This document shows positions 39,283 to 49,454 of a stretch of 64,000 bases of DNA, piece by piece. The first letter of the stretch is position 1. Each line of letters begins with the position of its first letter. The DNA lies in assembly GCA_048940645.1 (NCBI GenBank), contig JBHLOI010000002.1, forward strand, positions 57,927 through 121,926, read 5' to 3'. The stretch comes from Promethearchaeota archaeon. Lineage in GTDB: Archaea > Asgardarchaeota > Lokiarchaeia > Sigyniarchaeales > SOKP01. The position numbers and the translations under genes were made by a program. Below the pieces are notes generated by a model. That model was not told the DNA's origin. It saw only the letters and a program-made list of their open reading frames with translations, and searched no databases.

Positions 39283-40974
39283 CTATATAAACGACACAGT
39301 CTTAGAAATATAAGTTAAATAATTCTGGATTTCTTTGTTTTGTTGATCATTGTCCCAAGAATATTCATTTGCCATGATTTTCGCTACTTTTATTGCGGCT
39401 TCTGAAGCTTTTTTATGATCTATCCATAACGACATCTCTGTTCTTCGGCAAAAAACATCAATTAAATGTGTGGTTAATTCATTTCTTAATATATATAAAA
39501 TTTCTGCTACAGTAAAATAATTTTCTTCAATAATTCTGTCTTTGAGCGAACCATCCTCTTTTATTAGGTCTAATATCTCAATCGCTCCTTTTCCATATTG
39601 CTGATATAGATGGTCAGCTACATCTTCTTCAAGATCGATGCCAGAGTCTTTTAATTTCGTAAGCCAGATTTCTTTTTCTAAACTAATTAAGAATTTTTGT
39701 CTTGAGAAATGTTTTGGTTTCTTAATCCCAGTAAAAATTTTCTTTTCGTCTATGTGTTCAAATAAATCTTCTGCCATGGCACGCCATTCAGTTAACTTCC
39801 CTCCAGTAATAGTTAATAATCCATCATCAGAAAAGAAGATTATATGTTTTCTTGAAACCTCACTTTCTGATTTACCCTTCTGCATAACTAAAGGTCTTAT
39901 TCCTGCATATGTAGATAAAATATTTTTATAATCTAATTCAGCATTCGGAAAATAAAACTTCACAGATTCAGTCAGATAGTCAGCATCTTCTTTATTACAA
40001 AACGGATTTGCAAGATCTTCTTTAAAATCTGTGTCTGTGGTTCCTATTATCGTAAATTGTTTATTTCTGGGTAATACAAAAAATGCTCTTCCATCTGAAA
40101 TCGAAAAAACAATTGTAGCCATATTATTTTTTACATTTTTTCTTTTATACTGCAGATGTACTCCCTTAGTAGGACGAATTAAAGGTTTTGGAATTTCTTT
40201 GGGATAATTTTCTATTAATTGATCTGTCCAAACACCAGTTGCATTCACTACTAGTTTAGCGTTTAGTTCGAAATCAATACTATTTTCCAGATCCTTACAC
40301 TTAACTCCTACAATTTTTCCATTATTTTTGATATATCCAATAACCTTACAATAGTTCAGTGCGTCTGCTCCTCTGATCACAGCTTCTTTAATTATTTCTA
40401 TTGTTAACCGCGCATCATCTACATTATTGTCATAATAAATGACACCTCCTAAGTTACCGTTCCTTATGTATTCTGGTTCCATTTCAAATATTTCTTCAGG
40501 AGAATACCATTTATGTTTTTTAAAGTTTTTAAATTCAGAATTGTTATCGCTAAGGAAATCATATACTTTACAAGCACCAATAATGTCTCGTTTCTTATAT
40601 TTTCCATCTTTCAGATGTACAAAAAGAAAAGGAATTGGTCTAACTAGATGTGGAATATGTTCTCTCATCCAATTTCTTTCCCTTGTAGCTTCTTTTACTA
40701 AATCCATATCCCCATGACTAAGGTATCTAATCCCGCCATGTGCTAATTTTGAACTCCTTGAAGAAGTCCCTGCAGAAAAATCTTGCATATCAACAATAGC
40801 TGTTTTTAAACCCCTCATTGCTGCTTCTCTTGCTACACCAGCACCTGTAATACCTGCTCCAATGATAAAGATATCATAAACTTTCTCTTTTAATCTTTTA
40901 ATTATTGAATCTCTTGCATGATAATTCCAAGATTTATTAAATAAGTTATCTACCAAATCTGCCATAATAATCAA
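39283..40974 (-). CDS. FAD-dependent glycerol-3-phosphate dehydrogenase/oxidase (GlpD/GlpA family)
   Basis: IGAGITGAG, DFSAGTSSRSSKLAHGGIRYL, DDARL, KGVH, GTTD, AGIRPL, GGKLT. Confidence 0.92.
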   Translation of the reverse strand: MIIMADLVDNLFNKSWNYHARDSIIKRLKEKVYDIFIIGAGITGAGVAREAAMRGLKTAIVDMQDFSAGTSSRSSKLAHGGIRYLSHGDMDLVKEATRERNWMREHIPHLVRPIPFLFVHLKDGKYKKRDIIGACKVYDFLSDNNSEFKNFKKHKWYSPEEIFEMEPEYIRNGNLGGVIYYDNNVDDARLTIEIIKEAVIRGADALNYCKVIGYIKNNGKIVGVKCKDLENSIDFELNAKLVVNATGVWTDQLIENYPKEIPKPLIRPTKGVHLQYKRKNVKNNMATIVFSISDGRAFFVLPRNKQFTIIGTTDTDFKEDLANPFCNKEDADYLTESVKFYFPNAELDYKNILSTYAGIRPLVMQKGKSESEVSRKHIIFFSDDGLLTITGGKLTEWRAMAEDLFEHIDEKKIFTGIKKPKHFSRQKFLISLEKEIWLTKLKDSGIDLEEDVADHLYQQYGKGAIEILDLIKEDGSLKDRIIEENYFTVAEILYILRNELTTHLIDVFCRRTEMSLWIDHKKASEAAIKVAKIMANEYSWDNDQQNKEIQNYLTYISKTVSFI

Positions 40975-41063
40975 ATGTTTAAATTTTCAAAAAAAAATAA
41001 AGTTTCAGTTAATAAACTTATGATTTCTTATTATAGATAAAATTACACTTTATTTTTAATAAA

Positions 41064-42035
41064 TTATTTTTCTAATAACTTCTGAAGGATTAAAGGCATA
41101 GAATAAACATCATAATAATTATGTTCGATAATTTTTTTAATTAACCCTATGCTTCTCAAAGGATCTTCAAGATATTTCCTATAACATAATCCAACTAATA
41201 TTCCTGGAATATCAATTTCTCTTGTTATATTCAACATTTTTTCTTCCATATTGTTTAGAGTAAACCCCTCGAAATCCTCTTTAAATTTTCTTCTACAATT
41301 ATGATATAAGTCTATATGATGAAATTTTGTATTATAATTCTCATATGGTACATCTTCTTCTGTAATCATTGGATTTTCATCAAAATAATAAAGAAATCGA
41401 TTTGAAATATACGGAATGTCAAAACTCTTCCCATTATAAGAAACAAAGCATTTAAAATGAGGAAGAACTTCGTGTTTAAGATGCTCACATATCGCAATCT
41501 CTTCTGTAAAGTCTCGAGCAAATAATATATGAATTTCAAAAATCTCTTTTCTATAAAAACCTAAGCCTATCATTATAATTGGGCTATTATACGATCCCAT
41601 AGTTTCTATATCAAGAAATAAGAGATCCTCTAAGTTAAAGCAGAAGGCAACATCTAAATCATTAATATACCGGTTTTCACATAGTAAATTATAGTTTTTA
41701 GTTTTTATTAATTTTAAAAGTGTATTTGCTGAATTCATATATTTTAGATTAATCTTCAGATCATAGAGCGATTTAACTCCTCTTCTTATTAATTTACGTT
41801 CGATCTTATCTCCAATATAGTAAATAGTTTTAAGATTATGGAGCAATCTTTTACGCGATTTATCAAGATTAATATTACAAGGAAAATTATGTTCTTTCCA
41901 TATTATTTCCATGAATTCGCCCGTATTATTTTTAATTACTCGATTATTCTGAAACAAATCTTCAATACTCTTCCCTTCATATCCTTTAATAAAAGGATAA
42001 ATGTCAATGCTCTTGAAGTTATAGTAATAGTCCAT
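41064..42035 (-). CDS. YprB-like RNase H-fold/3'-5' exonuclease domain protein
   Basis: FLDIET, SYNGKSFDIPY, HIDLY, DIPG, HNYYDV. Confidence 0.85.
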   Translation of the reverse strand: MDYYYNFKSIDIYPFIKGYEGKSIEDLFQNNRVIKNNTGEFMEIIWKEHNFPCNINLDKSRKRLLHNLKTIYYIGDKIERKLIRRGVKSLYDLKINLKYMNSANTLLKLIKTKNYNLLCENRYINDLDVAFCFNLEDLLFLDIETMGSYNSPIIMIGLGFYRKEIFEIHILFARDFTEEIAICEHLKHEVLPHFKCFVSYNGKSFDIPYISNRFLYYFDENPMITEEDVPYENYNTKFHHIDLYHNCRRKFKEDFEGFTLNNMEEKMLNITREIDIPGILVGLCYRKYLEDPLRSIGLIKKIIEHNYYDVYSMPLILQKLLEK

Positions 42036-42125
42036 TGTCTGTATTAATTAAATTACATTATTTAATAATTAATTCTCTGAAGATTTATAATAAAACTAAA
42101 AGAAGTTAAAAATCAGCACATTAAG

Positions 42126-43472
42126 TTAATAATCAATTTTAGGAATAAAATCCTCATCTTCTCTACGTATTGGTTTGTATTTGAAAAACCTTCTGGATTC
42201 ACTATCTTCCAATACATAATTTGAACCTCCACCGTGAAGCATACAATATGGATCTAGCAACCCAATTTCATTTGCATACTGTCTAGTAAAACCACGTCCG
42301 CCCATTGTCCTGAAACAATGAATAGCACTTTCAAATCCTAACTCAGTGGCGCTTATTTTAAGACCCATGGCATTTGCTGCCATTAATTTAGAACTGCCCA
42401 ATTCTGGGTGATCGTCAATTTGTCGAGCATAATTGATCATTGCAGATATATGGAGGTTTAATTCGCGAATTTTTCGAGAGATTGGAAATCTAATAACTTG
42501 ATACTGGTGTAACCTTCTTTCAAATTGTCTTCGTTGTAATGCATATGCATGAGAATAAAGTAATTTCTTCATAGTATCACCTAATGCTTCAGCACTTATA
42601 ACCAGTCTCTCTTCTGTAAGTTGATGAAAAGCAATATCCAAACCATGACCATGAAGAAGATTTTCTTTTGGTATTTCAACTCTGTCAAATATTAAACGAC
42701 TTACAAAGGCATCTGTCATCCCATATGTTCTTATTCGCGTACTCCGAAAATTTTTTAATTGTTGGTTTTTTGTATCAACAACTATAGCTCCTAATTGTCC
42801 ATTATCTAACCTACCATATAAAGCAATGAAATCTGCGATCATTCCATTAGTAATAAATAATTTTTTACCTTTTGCTATTATAATATCGTCCCTTTCATGT
42901 AATCTTAGTTCCATTCTAAAAATATCCGATCCAGCATTAAATTCTGTCATTGCTGAAGCCCCAATCTGTCCATCTTTAGCAACTGGAACTAAAAATCTTT
43001 CCTTTTGCCATTCATTTGATGCATAATTAACCGGATTACAATATAGTGTTCCACCAGCAAGTCGTCCCATTTCAATACTATAATTACCAGCAATATATCT
43101 TTCACTATATTCACTCCAACGTCCTCCACATAAAGCATACGCAATTAAAGCATTCCGTGTAATTCTTCCTACTTCATGTTCTTCAGTATTTAAAATAGTT
43201 GAATAATAACCTTTTTCAGCAAGTTTCTTCATTATACCTATAACAATCTCTTTCTTCTTATCTTGAGTGGGTTCTTCGACATAATAATTCAATTCTTCTA
43301 ATTTTCTTAATTCCACATCAAGTTCATTCTCGATAAAATCATATAATTCAGCTAAAAATTCTTTCTCTTTAGCATTAAGTACTGGATTATTTAATAAATC
43401 CAATTCCGGCACATAACGTTGGATTCGAATTGGTTCAAATTCTGAGATTCTAGTATCCATATTATTTACCAC
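42126..43472 (-). CDS. acyl-CoA dehydrogenase family protein
   Basis: AMTEFNAGSD, GKKLFITNG, FDRVEIPKENLL, RRQFERRL, MGGRGF. Confidence 0.9.
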   Translation of the reverse strand: MVNNMDTRISEFEPIRIQRYVPELDLLNNPVLNAKEKEFLAELYDFIENELDVELRKLEELNYYVEEPTQDKKKEIVIGIMKKLAEKGYYSTILNTEEHEVGRITRNALIAYALCGGRWSEYSERYIAGNYSIEMGRLAGGTLYCNPVNYASNEWQKERFLVPVAKDGQIGASAMTEFNAGSDIFRMELRLHERDDIIIAKGKKLFITNGMIADFIALYGRLDNGQLGAIVVDTKNQQLKNFRSTRIRTYGMTDAFVSRLIFDRVEIPKENLLHGHGLDIAFHQLTEERLVISAEALGDTMKKLLYSHAYALQRRQFERRLHQYQVIRFPISRKIRELNLHISAMINYARQIDDHPELGSSKLMAANAMGLKISATELGFESAIHCFRTMGGRGFTRQYANEIGLLDPYCMLHGGGSNYVLEDSESRRFFKYKPIRREDEDFIPKIDY

Positions 43473-43622
43473 ATTTTTTTAATTTAAAATTAGAAATACA
43501 ATTATTAGAAATGTTTTAATCATAATAAAACATAACAATAAAATATCAAATTTATTAAAAATCTAACTACAAAAACAAATAGAAGTATCAATCAAAAACA
43601 AACTATAATATTGTGGGAAAAA

Positions 43623-44864
43623 ATGAGTAGAAAAGTGTGTGTTATTGGAATTGGTCATACAGATTTCAATTCCATGACACCAGATATGCAGTGGAAAGAT
43701 TTTATGTATGAAGCGTGTAAAAAAGCATATGAAGATGCTGGAATAGACGTTAGAAAGGATGTTGATAGCTTTATAACTTGTGCTGAAGATTATTGGGAAG
43801 GCTTTAGTATTTTCGATGAATTCGTACCTGACCAAGTAGGTGCATTGCTACGACCTTGTTGTACAGTCTGTGGTGATGGAATTTATGGTTTAGGTAATGC
43901 TTACATGCAAATAAAAACAGGTTTATTAGATGTTGTATCAATTGAAGCACACAGTAAAGTTTCTGATTTGCTTACATACGGAGATATTATACTTCATGCT
44001 TTTGATCCAGTTTTCGAAAAGCCAGTTTCAGGACCAGTAGAACGCCCAAATTATGCAGGAAGTCCATCATATCCTCCAGGTGAAAAACCTTTGGTTGGAA
44101 GCTCTGATGAAAGAGAAAGAATTCATCCCTATTTCTTAGCGGGTTTAGAAATGCAAAATTATCTCAAAAAAACTGGTACAACAGAAGAACAATGTGCTGC
44201 TGTGGTTGTTAAAAATAAAAAGAATGCATATAACAATCCTTATGCAGATTACGAATTAAACCTTACAATCGAAGATGTAATGAAATCAGAATATCTTTTC
44301 AAGCCATTAAAACAGTATGATATTGCTCCTAATGTTGATGGAGCAATTTGTTTTGTTCTTTCTGATGAAAAAACTGCAAAAGCTTTGAGTGATGATATTG
44401 TTTATCTATCTGGATTTGGATATAATTCAGAGACTCCATGGTTATCGACAAGAGATATGGATGCCGATTATGCGAAAAGAGCAGCAAAAATGGCCTTTAA
44501 ATTAGCTGGAATAACTGAACCAAGGAAAGAATTATGTGTGGCAGAAGTAGATGATAGGTTCTCCTATAAGGAGTTGCAGCATCTAGAAGCTCTGGGATTA
44601 GCAAGACCAGGTGAAGCAGCACATTTAGTTGAAGAAGGTGTGTTTGATTTAAACGGTTCTCTTCCAGTTAATCCCTCAGGTGGTTCATTAGGGGTCGGAA
44701 ATTGCCTTGAAGCAACAGGATTACAAAAATCATTAGAAATTGTAACTCAATTAAGAGGACATGCAGGAAAACGACAAATTTCAGATGCTGAGAAAGGTTT
44801 AGCTCAAGCGTGGCGCTTTATTCCTTCTGGAAGCGGTGCTGTAGCAATATTTGAGAGAGGTTAA
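43623..44864 (+). CDS. thiolase-fold (SCP-x/Ltp4-like) protein, cassette A
   Basis: VVKNKKNA, DGA, AEVDD, LPVNPSGG; ATG at 43623 preferred over TTG 43611. Confidence 0.85.
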   Translation: MSRKVCVIGIGHTDFNSMTPDMQWKDFMYEACKKAYEDAGIDVRKDVDSFITCAEDYWEGFSIFDEFVPDQVGALLRPCCTVCGDGIYGLGNAYMQIKTGLLDVVSIEAHSKVSDLLTYGDIILHAFDPVFEKPVSGPVERPNYAGSPSYPPGEKPLVGSSDERERIHPYFLAGLEMQNYLKKTGTTEEQCAAVVVKNKKNAYNNPYADYELNLTIEDVMKSEYLFKPLKQYDIAPNVDGAICFVLSDEKTAKALSDDIVYLSGFGYNSETPWLSTRDMDADYAKRAAKMAFKLAGITEPRKELCVAEVDDRFSYKELQHLEALGLARPGEAAHLVEEGVFDLNGSLPVNPSGGSLGVGNCLEATGLQKSLEIVTQLRGHAGKRQISDAEKGLAQAWRFIPSGSGAVAIFERG

Positions 44865-44878
44865 GAGGTGGGGAAAAG

Positions 44879-46042
44879 GTGAAAGAAGTAGCAGTTATTG
44901 GAGGCGGTATGACTCTATTTAGAAGGAGGCTAAAAGAAACAGGAAAAGAATTATCTTATTTAGCTACCAAAATGGCTATGGAGGATGCCGGTATCCAAAA
45001 AGATGATATTGATATGGTTGTTATGGGAAGTGCTCCTGACGCTTTTGATGGAATCCATATGAAAGGAGAAAACCTCATAGATGGTTCTGCAGCTGTCGGA
45101 AAACCATACGTACGAGTATTTAACGGAGGTGGAACTGGAGTTTTTGCTCCCATTGCTGGATGGTGGCATGTAGCTTCTGGTGTTGCCGATATATGTTTAG
45201 TTGTTTGTGAAGAAAAAATGGGATCTTGTTATCCTCACCCACAAACTGCATTTCAACATATTTGGGACCCTGTTTTAGATAGACCACTTCATCCTAACCT
45301 AGTATGGTTATTTGCGATGGAAATGAATAGATATATGACAGCTCATGATATTAAAAAAGAGGATATTGCACGTGTCGCTGTTAAGAATAAAAGAAACGCT
45401 GTAGGTCACCCATGCGCACAATTAGCAGATCCAAATATTACAGTTGAAGATGTATTAAATTCTGAAATCATGGCCTGGCCAGTACAAAGATTAGATATAA
45501 GTCCTCCTAGTGATGGGGCAGCAGCATTAATTTATTGTTCCAAAGATATAGCTCATAAATTCACTGATGATCCGATTTATGTTGCAGGTGTTGGTTGGAA
45601 TATCGATAGTACTATATGGACAAACCGAGATTTATACTTTCCAAGGTATGTAGCAAACGCGGCAAAAATGTGTTATAAAATGGCTGGGATTACAAACCCA
45701 AGAAAAGAAATTGATTTTGCTGAACCATATGATCCATTTGATTATAAAGAACTTCATCATATGGAAGGTCTTTTACTTTGTAAGAAAGGTGAGGCACCTA
45801 TTCTTACACGGGAAGGAGTTACTCAAAGAGATGGTGATCTTCCTATTTGTCCATCTGGTGGATTGCTTGGTGTTGGAAACCCAATCGCAGCAACAATGGG
45901 ACAAAAAGTGTGTGAACTTTATTGGCAATTAGCAGGCAAAGCAGGAAAAAGACAGATTCCAGGCGACCCAAGAATTGGTGTAGGCCAAGCTTGGGGTGAT
46001 ATTATGCAAATGGGTACAGTTATTGCATTAAGGAGGGGATAA
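44879..46042 (+). CDS. thiolase-fold (SCP-x/Ltp3-like) protein, cassette A
   Basis: VAVKNKRNA, SDGAAA, AEPYDPF, PSGGLLGVGNP; SD GAGGTGG. Confidence 0.87.
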   Translation: MKEVAVIGGGMTLFRRRLKETGKELSYLATKMAMEDAGIQKDDIDMVVMGSAPDAFDGIHMKGENLIDGSAAVGKPYVRVFNGGGTGVFAPIAGWWHVASGVADICLVVCEEKMGSCYPHPQTAFQHIWDPVLDRPLHPNLVWLFAMEMNRYMTAHDIKKEDIARVAVKNKRNAVGHPCAQLADPNITVEDVLNSEIMAWPVQRLDISPPSDGAAALIYCSKDIAHKFTDDPIYVAGVGWNIDSTIWTNRDLYFPRYVANAAKMCYKMAGITNPRKEIDFAEPYDPFDYKELHHMEGLLLCKKGEAPILTREGVTQRDGDLPICPSGGLLGVGNPIAATMGQKVCELYWQLAGKAGKRQIPGDPRIGVGQAWGDIMQMGTVIALRRG

Positions 46043-46044
46043 AA

Positions 46045-46584
46045 ATGGTAGAAAAGAAGAACTATAAAGAATGGCCACCACATGCTCCAGGCACTCATGT
46101 ACATGACAGTGATATCCGAGAAAAGAAAATGAATTATACATGGTGGGAACCTGAAGTTCAATACAGTTGGAGCTTAGGTCCAGCTATGAGTAAGTTCCTA
46201 CAGGGATTAAAGGCAGGAAAAATTTATGGAATCCATTGTAAAAGGTGCAAAAGAATTATTGTACCTCCTAGGAGCTTTTGTGAATATTGTTATGGACCTA
46301 CAGAAGAATGGGTTGAATTAAAAGACACAGGTGCTATTGAGACTTTCTCTATTTCATATCTTGATCCAAATGCTAAACGAATCGAAGAACCGATTTTAAT
46401 TGGTGTAATTTCAATTGATGGTGCTTCTCCACAACATGGATTTATGCATTATTTTGGGGAAATGTCTAAAGATGAAATTAAAATAGGTATGAAGGTAAAA
46501 GCTGTATGGAAACCAGAGAATGAAAGAGAAGGATCTATTACAGATATTAAATATTTTAAACCTTTAAAAGGAGGTGGAGAATAG
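46045..46584 (+). CDS. DUF35 Zn-ribbon/OB-fold protein
   Basis: CKRC...PPRSFCEYC, IGMKVKAVWK. Confidence 0.9.
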   Translation: MVEKKNYKEWPPHAPGTHVHDSDIREKKMNYTWWEPEVQYSWSLGPAMSKFLQGLKAGKIYGIHCKRCKRIIVPPRSFCEYCYGPTEEWVELKDTGAIETFSISYLDPNAKRIEEPILIGVISIDGASPQHGFMHYFGEMSKDEIKIGMKVKAVWKPENEREGSITDIKYFKPLKGGGE

Positions 46585-47058
46585 ATGACATTTACAGAGA
46601 AACAAACAGATCCTACCTCTCCAATGCACTGGAGAGGTGATATGCAAGCAGATTATCTCTATCCAAGTGGAATTGCAGGAGATAAATTTTTTAATCATCT
46701 AAAGGGAAAGGATACTTTTTTAGCAACAAAATGCAATAAATGTAAAAAAGTATTGTTTCCACCAAGATTATATTGTGAAGATTGTTTCACTGAGATTCCA
46801 GATGCTGACTGGTTTGAGGTTCCTGCTTCTGGTACTGTTAGAGTTTTTACAATTGCAATGTTAAATGCACACGCCGAAAAATTAAAAGAGCCAAAGGTTA
46901 TTGCTCTAATTGATATCGATAATACAGATGGTGCTCTATTAGGTATTATAAAAACTAATGATTATGAAAAAGACTTTAGTGGCATAAGAGTAAAAGCAGC
47001 ATTAAGACCTAAAGAAAAAAGAGAAGGAACATTGAAAGATATATTATACTGGGAATGA
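46585..47058 (+). CDS. DUF35 Zn-ribbon/OB-fold protein
   Basis: CNKC...PPRLYCEDC, GTV, RVKA. Confidence 0.9.
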   Translation: MTFTEKQTDPTSPMHWRGDMQADYLYPSGIAGDKFFNHLKGKDTFLATKCNKCKKVLFPPRLYCEDCFTEIPDADWFEVPASGTVRVFTIAMLNAHAEKLKEPKVIALIDIDNTDGALLGIIKTNDYEKDFSGIRVKAALRPKEKREGTLKDILYWE

Positions 47059-47141
47059 TTAAAATCAATTTTTATTTTATTTTTATTTCTTTTTTTAAAC
47101 CTATAATTATCTGATATTGTTAAAAAAAAAGTTAGTAGATA

Positions 47142-48044
47142 TTATTGTTGATATAGATTAAATATCTTTCTTGCCTCATCAGGAGTAGCAGGCTCGCGGT
47201 TAACTATTTTAGCTACTTTTGCTGCCCATTCAACCTGCTCCCAACTTCCTTTTGCTAATCTACCATCTGGCATTCGAATATTATCCTCAATACCCACTCT
47301 TATATGACCACCCATTGGAGCAGCACACATTGCTGCTTGAAATTGATTTTTAGCTACTCCACAAACGCTCCAGCTAGCATGTTGCGGTTTTAGATTAATG
47401 AAATGTGCTAAATTTTCATAAGAAAATGGGACACCTCCTAAAACTCCGAAAACAAACTGAAAGTGAAGTGGAGGATCAAGAATTCTCTTTGGTTGTTGTT
47501 TTGCTAAATGTAAGATATTATACATGCCACCCATATCATATATTTCTATTTCTGGTTTAGTACCTACTTTTTTCATTTTTTTAGCAAATTTTTGAATTGT
47601 ATCAAAGGTATTTGCAAATATGTATTTAGCACCAAGCCCAACTTGTCCAGTTTTATGGTCTCCCACAGCAAAGTTCATCGAATTAGAGTTTAATGACGCT
47701 ATTGGTGGTTTAAAGGTCTCAATGGGTGTTATCCTTTGTTTAGGAGTCGCTATAGTGCTTATTGCAGTGCTTAGGTTAATTAAGATGTCTGGAGCTTTTT
47801 CTTTGATATTATCTAATACTGCACCAATAATATCTAATTCATGCGTTGGATTTCCCTTTTCTGGATGTCTGGCATGAATATGAACTACTGCTGCCCCTGC
47901 TTCATAACATTTTTTTGCCTCATCTCCAAATTCTTCTGCAGTATATGGAACGCTAGGATTTTGTGCCTTGTTAGTTGCGGGACCTGTAAGAGCAGCGCTT
48001 ATAACTAATTTATTTGAAAATTTTTCTTCTGAAATTATTATCAC
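47142..48044 (-). CDS. beta-keto acid cleavage enzyme (Kce/BKACE, DUF849)
   Basis: AALTG, GAAVVHIHAR, KPEIEIYD, GGHIRVGIEDN, ATPDEAR. Confidence 0.92.
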   Translation of the reverse strand: MIIISEEKFSNKLVISAALTGPATNKAQNPSVPYTAEEFGDEAKKCYEAGAAVVHIHARHPEKGNPTHELDIIGAVLDNIKEKAPDILINLSTAISTIATPKQRITPIETFKPPIASLNSNSMNFAVGDHKTGQVGLGAKYIFANTFDTIQKFAKKMKKVGTKPEIEIYDMGGMYNILHLAKQQPKRILDPPLHFQFVFGVLGGVPFSYENLAHFINLKPQHASWSVCGVAKNQFQAAMCAAPMGGHIRVGIEDNIRMPDGRLAKGSWEQVEWAAKVAKIVNREPATPDEARKIFNLYQQ

Positions 48045-48198
48045 CTCTCTAATTATGTTTAATGCTAAAGAGAATATAATTTTAATTAGATCAATATTTT
48101 CCCAAAAATGTTAAATCTTTTTAAGGTCTTAGAGAGATCTAATATTAACTTTTAAATTTTAACATATGATAATCCAATTAAATTGAAGGTAAATAAAA

Positions 48199-49272
48199 AT
48201 GGATGTAAAGTTTGGGATTCAACACGGCGCAAATGTTGGTACACTTAGGCTAAAAACTAAAGATTACCAAAAATCAATTGTCTATGCTGAAAAAGCAGGT
48301 TATGATTCCATCTTTATTTGGGATCATCTAAATGCTGCTGAATCTAAAGAAGTTCCTAGTTGTAATGTGTTATTACCTATAGCTGCTTTAGAAACTGAAA
48401 ATGTAAAGATTGGCTCGTGCGTCTGTGATTCACATAGACGGCATCCTGCTCAAATAGCTTTAGATTCACTGACATTACAACGAGTATCAAATAATAGATT
48501 TATCTTAGGTTTAGGTGCTGGAGAGGCTATGAATTTAAATGACTTTGGAATTGATTGGAACAAACCAGCTTCAAGATTAATTGAATCTGTGAAGGTAATA
48601 AAGGAATTATGGAAGACAGCTCAATCAAGAAATATTAGCGTTAATTTTTCTGGTGAATTTTTTAATTTAGACAACGCTCGTTTGCAATATTCTATGAAAC
48701 AACTCCCTGAGCTTTGGTTAGCTGCAAATGGACCACGATTGATTGAATTTACAGGAAAGTACGCAGATGGATGGATTCCAACTGGACATAATGCTAAATT
48801 ATTTATGAAAAACTTAAAAATTCTAGGAAAAGCAGGAAGATTGGATAAAATAGAAAAAGCTTGTGAAGTATTTGTGATTATTAGTAAAGATAATCCTGAT
48901 TCTGCTCGAGAGATGGCTCGAATGGGTGGTCTTACGTTAAGTTTAAATCCATACATTCTTGAAGAGTATAGTATTAAAATTCCTAATGATATTACTCATG
49001 GCCGTTATTATAAAGAAACAGTAAGAGAATTAGAAAACACAAAAAAAGAGAAAGAAATTTTAGATTTTGCAAAAGAAAATATTCCCCAAGAAATTGCTGA
49101 TTCAATGGTCATTTCTGGGAGTCCGGAGGATTGTATTGAGCAAATCGATGAATATATTAAAGCTGGTGTGGAACATTTTTTAATTGAAGTTTGGGGTGTA
49201 GGGAAGTATTTTCAAGTTTTAGAATTATTTACTGATACTGTATTTAGCTACTTTAAAGAATCTGATAAATAG
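48199..49272 (+). CDS. LLM-class flavin/F420-dependent oxidoreductase
   Basis: AEKAGYDSIFIWDH, RHPA, RFILGLGAGE, AANGPR, ADGWIP, GSPEDC. Confidence 0.88.
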   Translation: MDVKFGIQHGANVGTLRLKTKDYQKSIVYAEKAGYDSIFIWDHLNAAESKEVPSCNVLLPIAALETENVKIGSCVCDSHRRHPAQIALDSLTLQRVSNNRFILGLGAGEAMNLNDFGIDWNKPASRLIESVKVIKELWKTAQSRNISVNFSGEFFNLDNARLQYSMKQLPELWLAANGPRLIEFTGKYADGWIPTGHNAKLFMKNLKILGKAGRLDKIEKACEVFVIISKDNPDSAREMARMGGLTLSLNPYILEEYSIKIPNDITHGRYYKETVRELENTKKEKEILDFAKENIPQEIADSMVISGSPEDCIEQIDEYIKAGVEHFLIEVWGVGKYFQVLELFTDTVFSYFKESDK

Positions 49273-49454
49273 CCTTGTTGTTTAATCCTTTTTATATCAT
49301 TTAAAATGACTTTTTTCCAATTTTGTAATCTAAATAGCTTTTTTCAACTCAAACTAAAGAAACCTTTATATTTTTTAAATCCGATGAATTATAAATTAAT
49401 AAAATTAACAAGAAATTAGATTAATTGTAAAAAGAATTATGAAGTGATAGATAA

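Noticed and set aside
44027-44090. Second BHB intron in the thiolase insertion (TTCA/TGAA pairing)
   Set aside because: The outer helix does not pair with 3-nt bulges, there are no stops, and excision would not remove the whole insertion.
48199-49272. Calling the LLM enzyme mer (methylene-H4MPT reductase)
   Set aside because: Only generic LLM motifs are visible, and its context is lipid catabolism.
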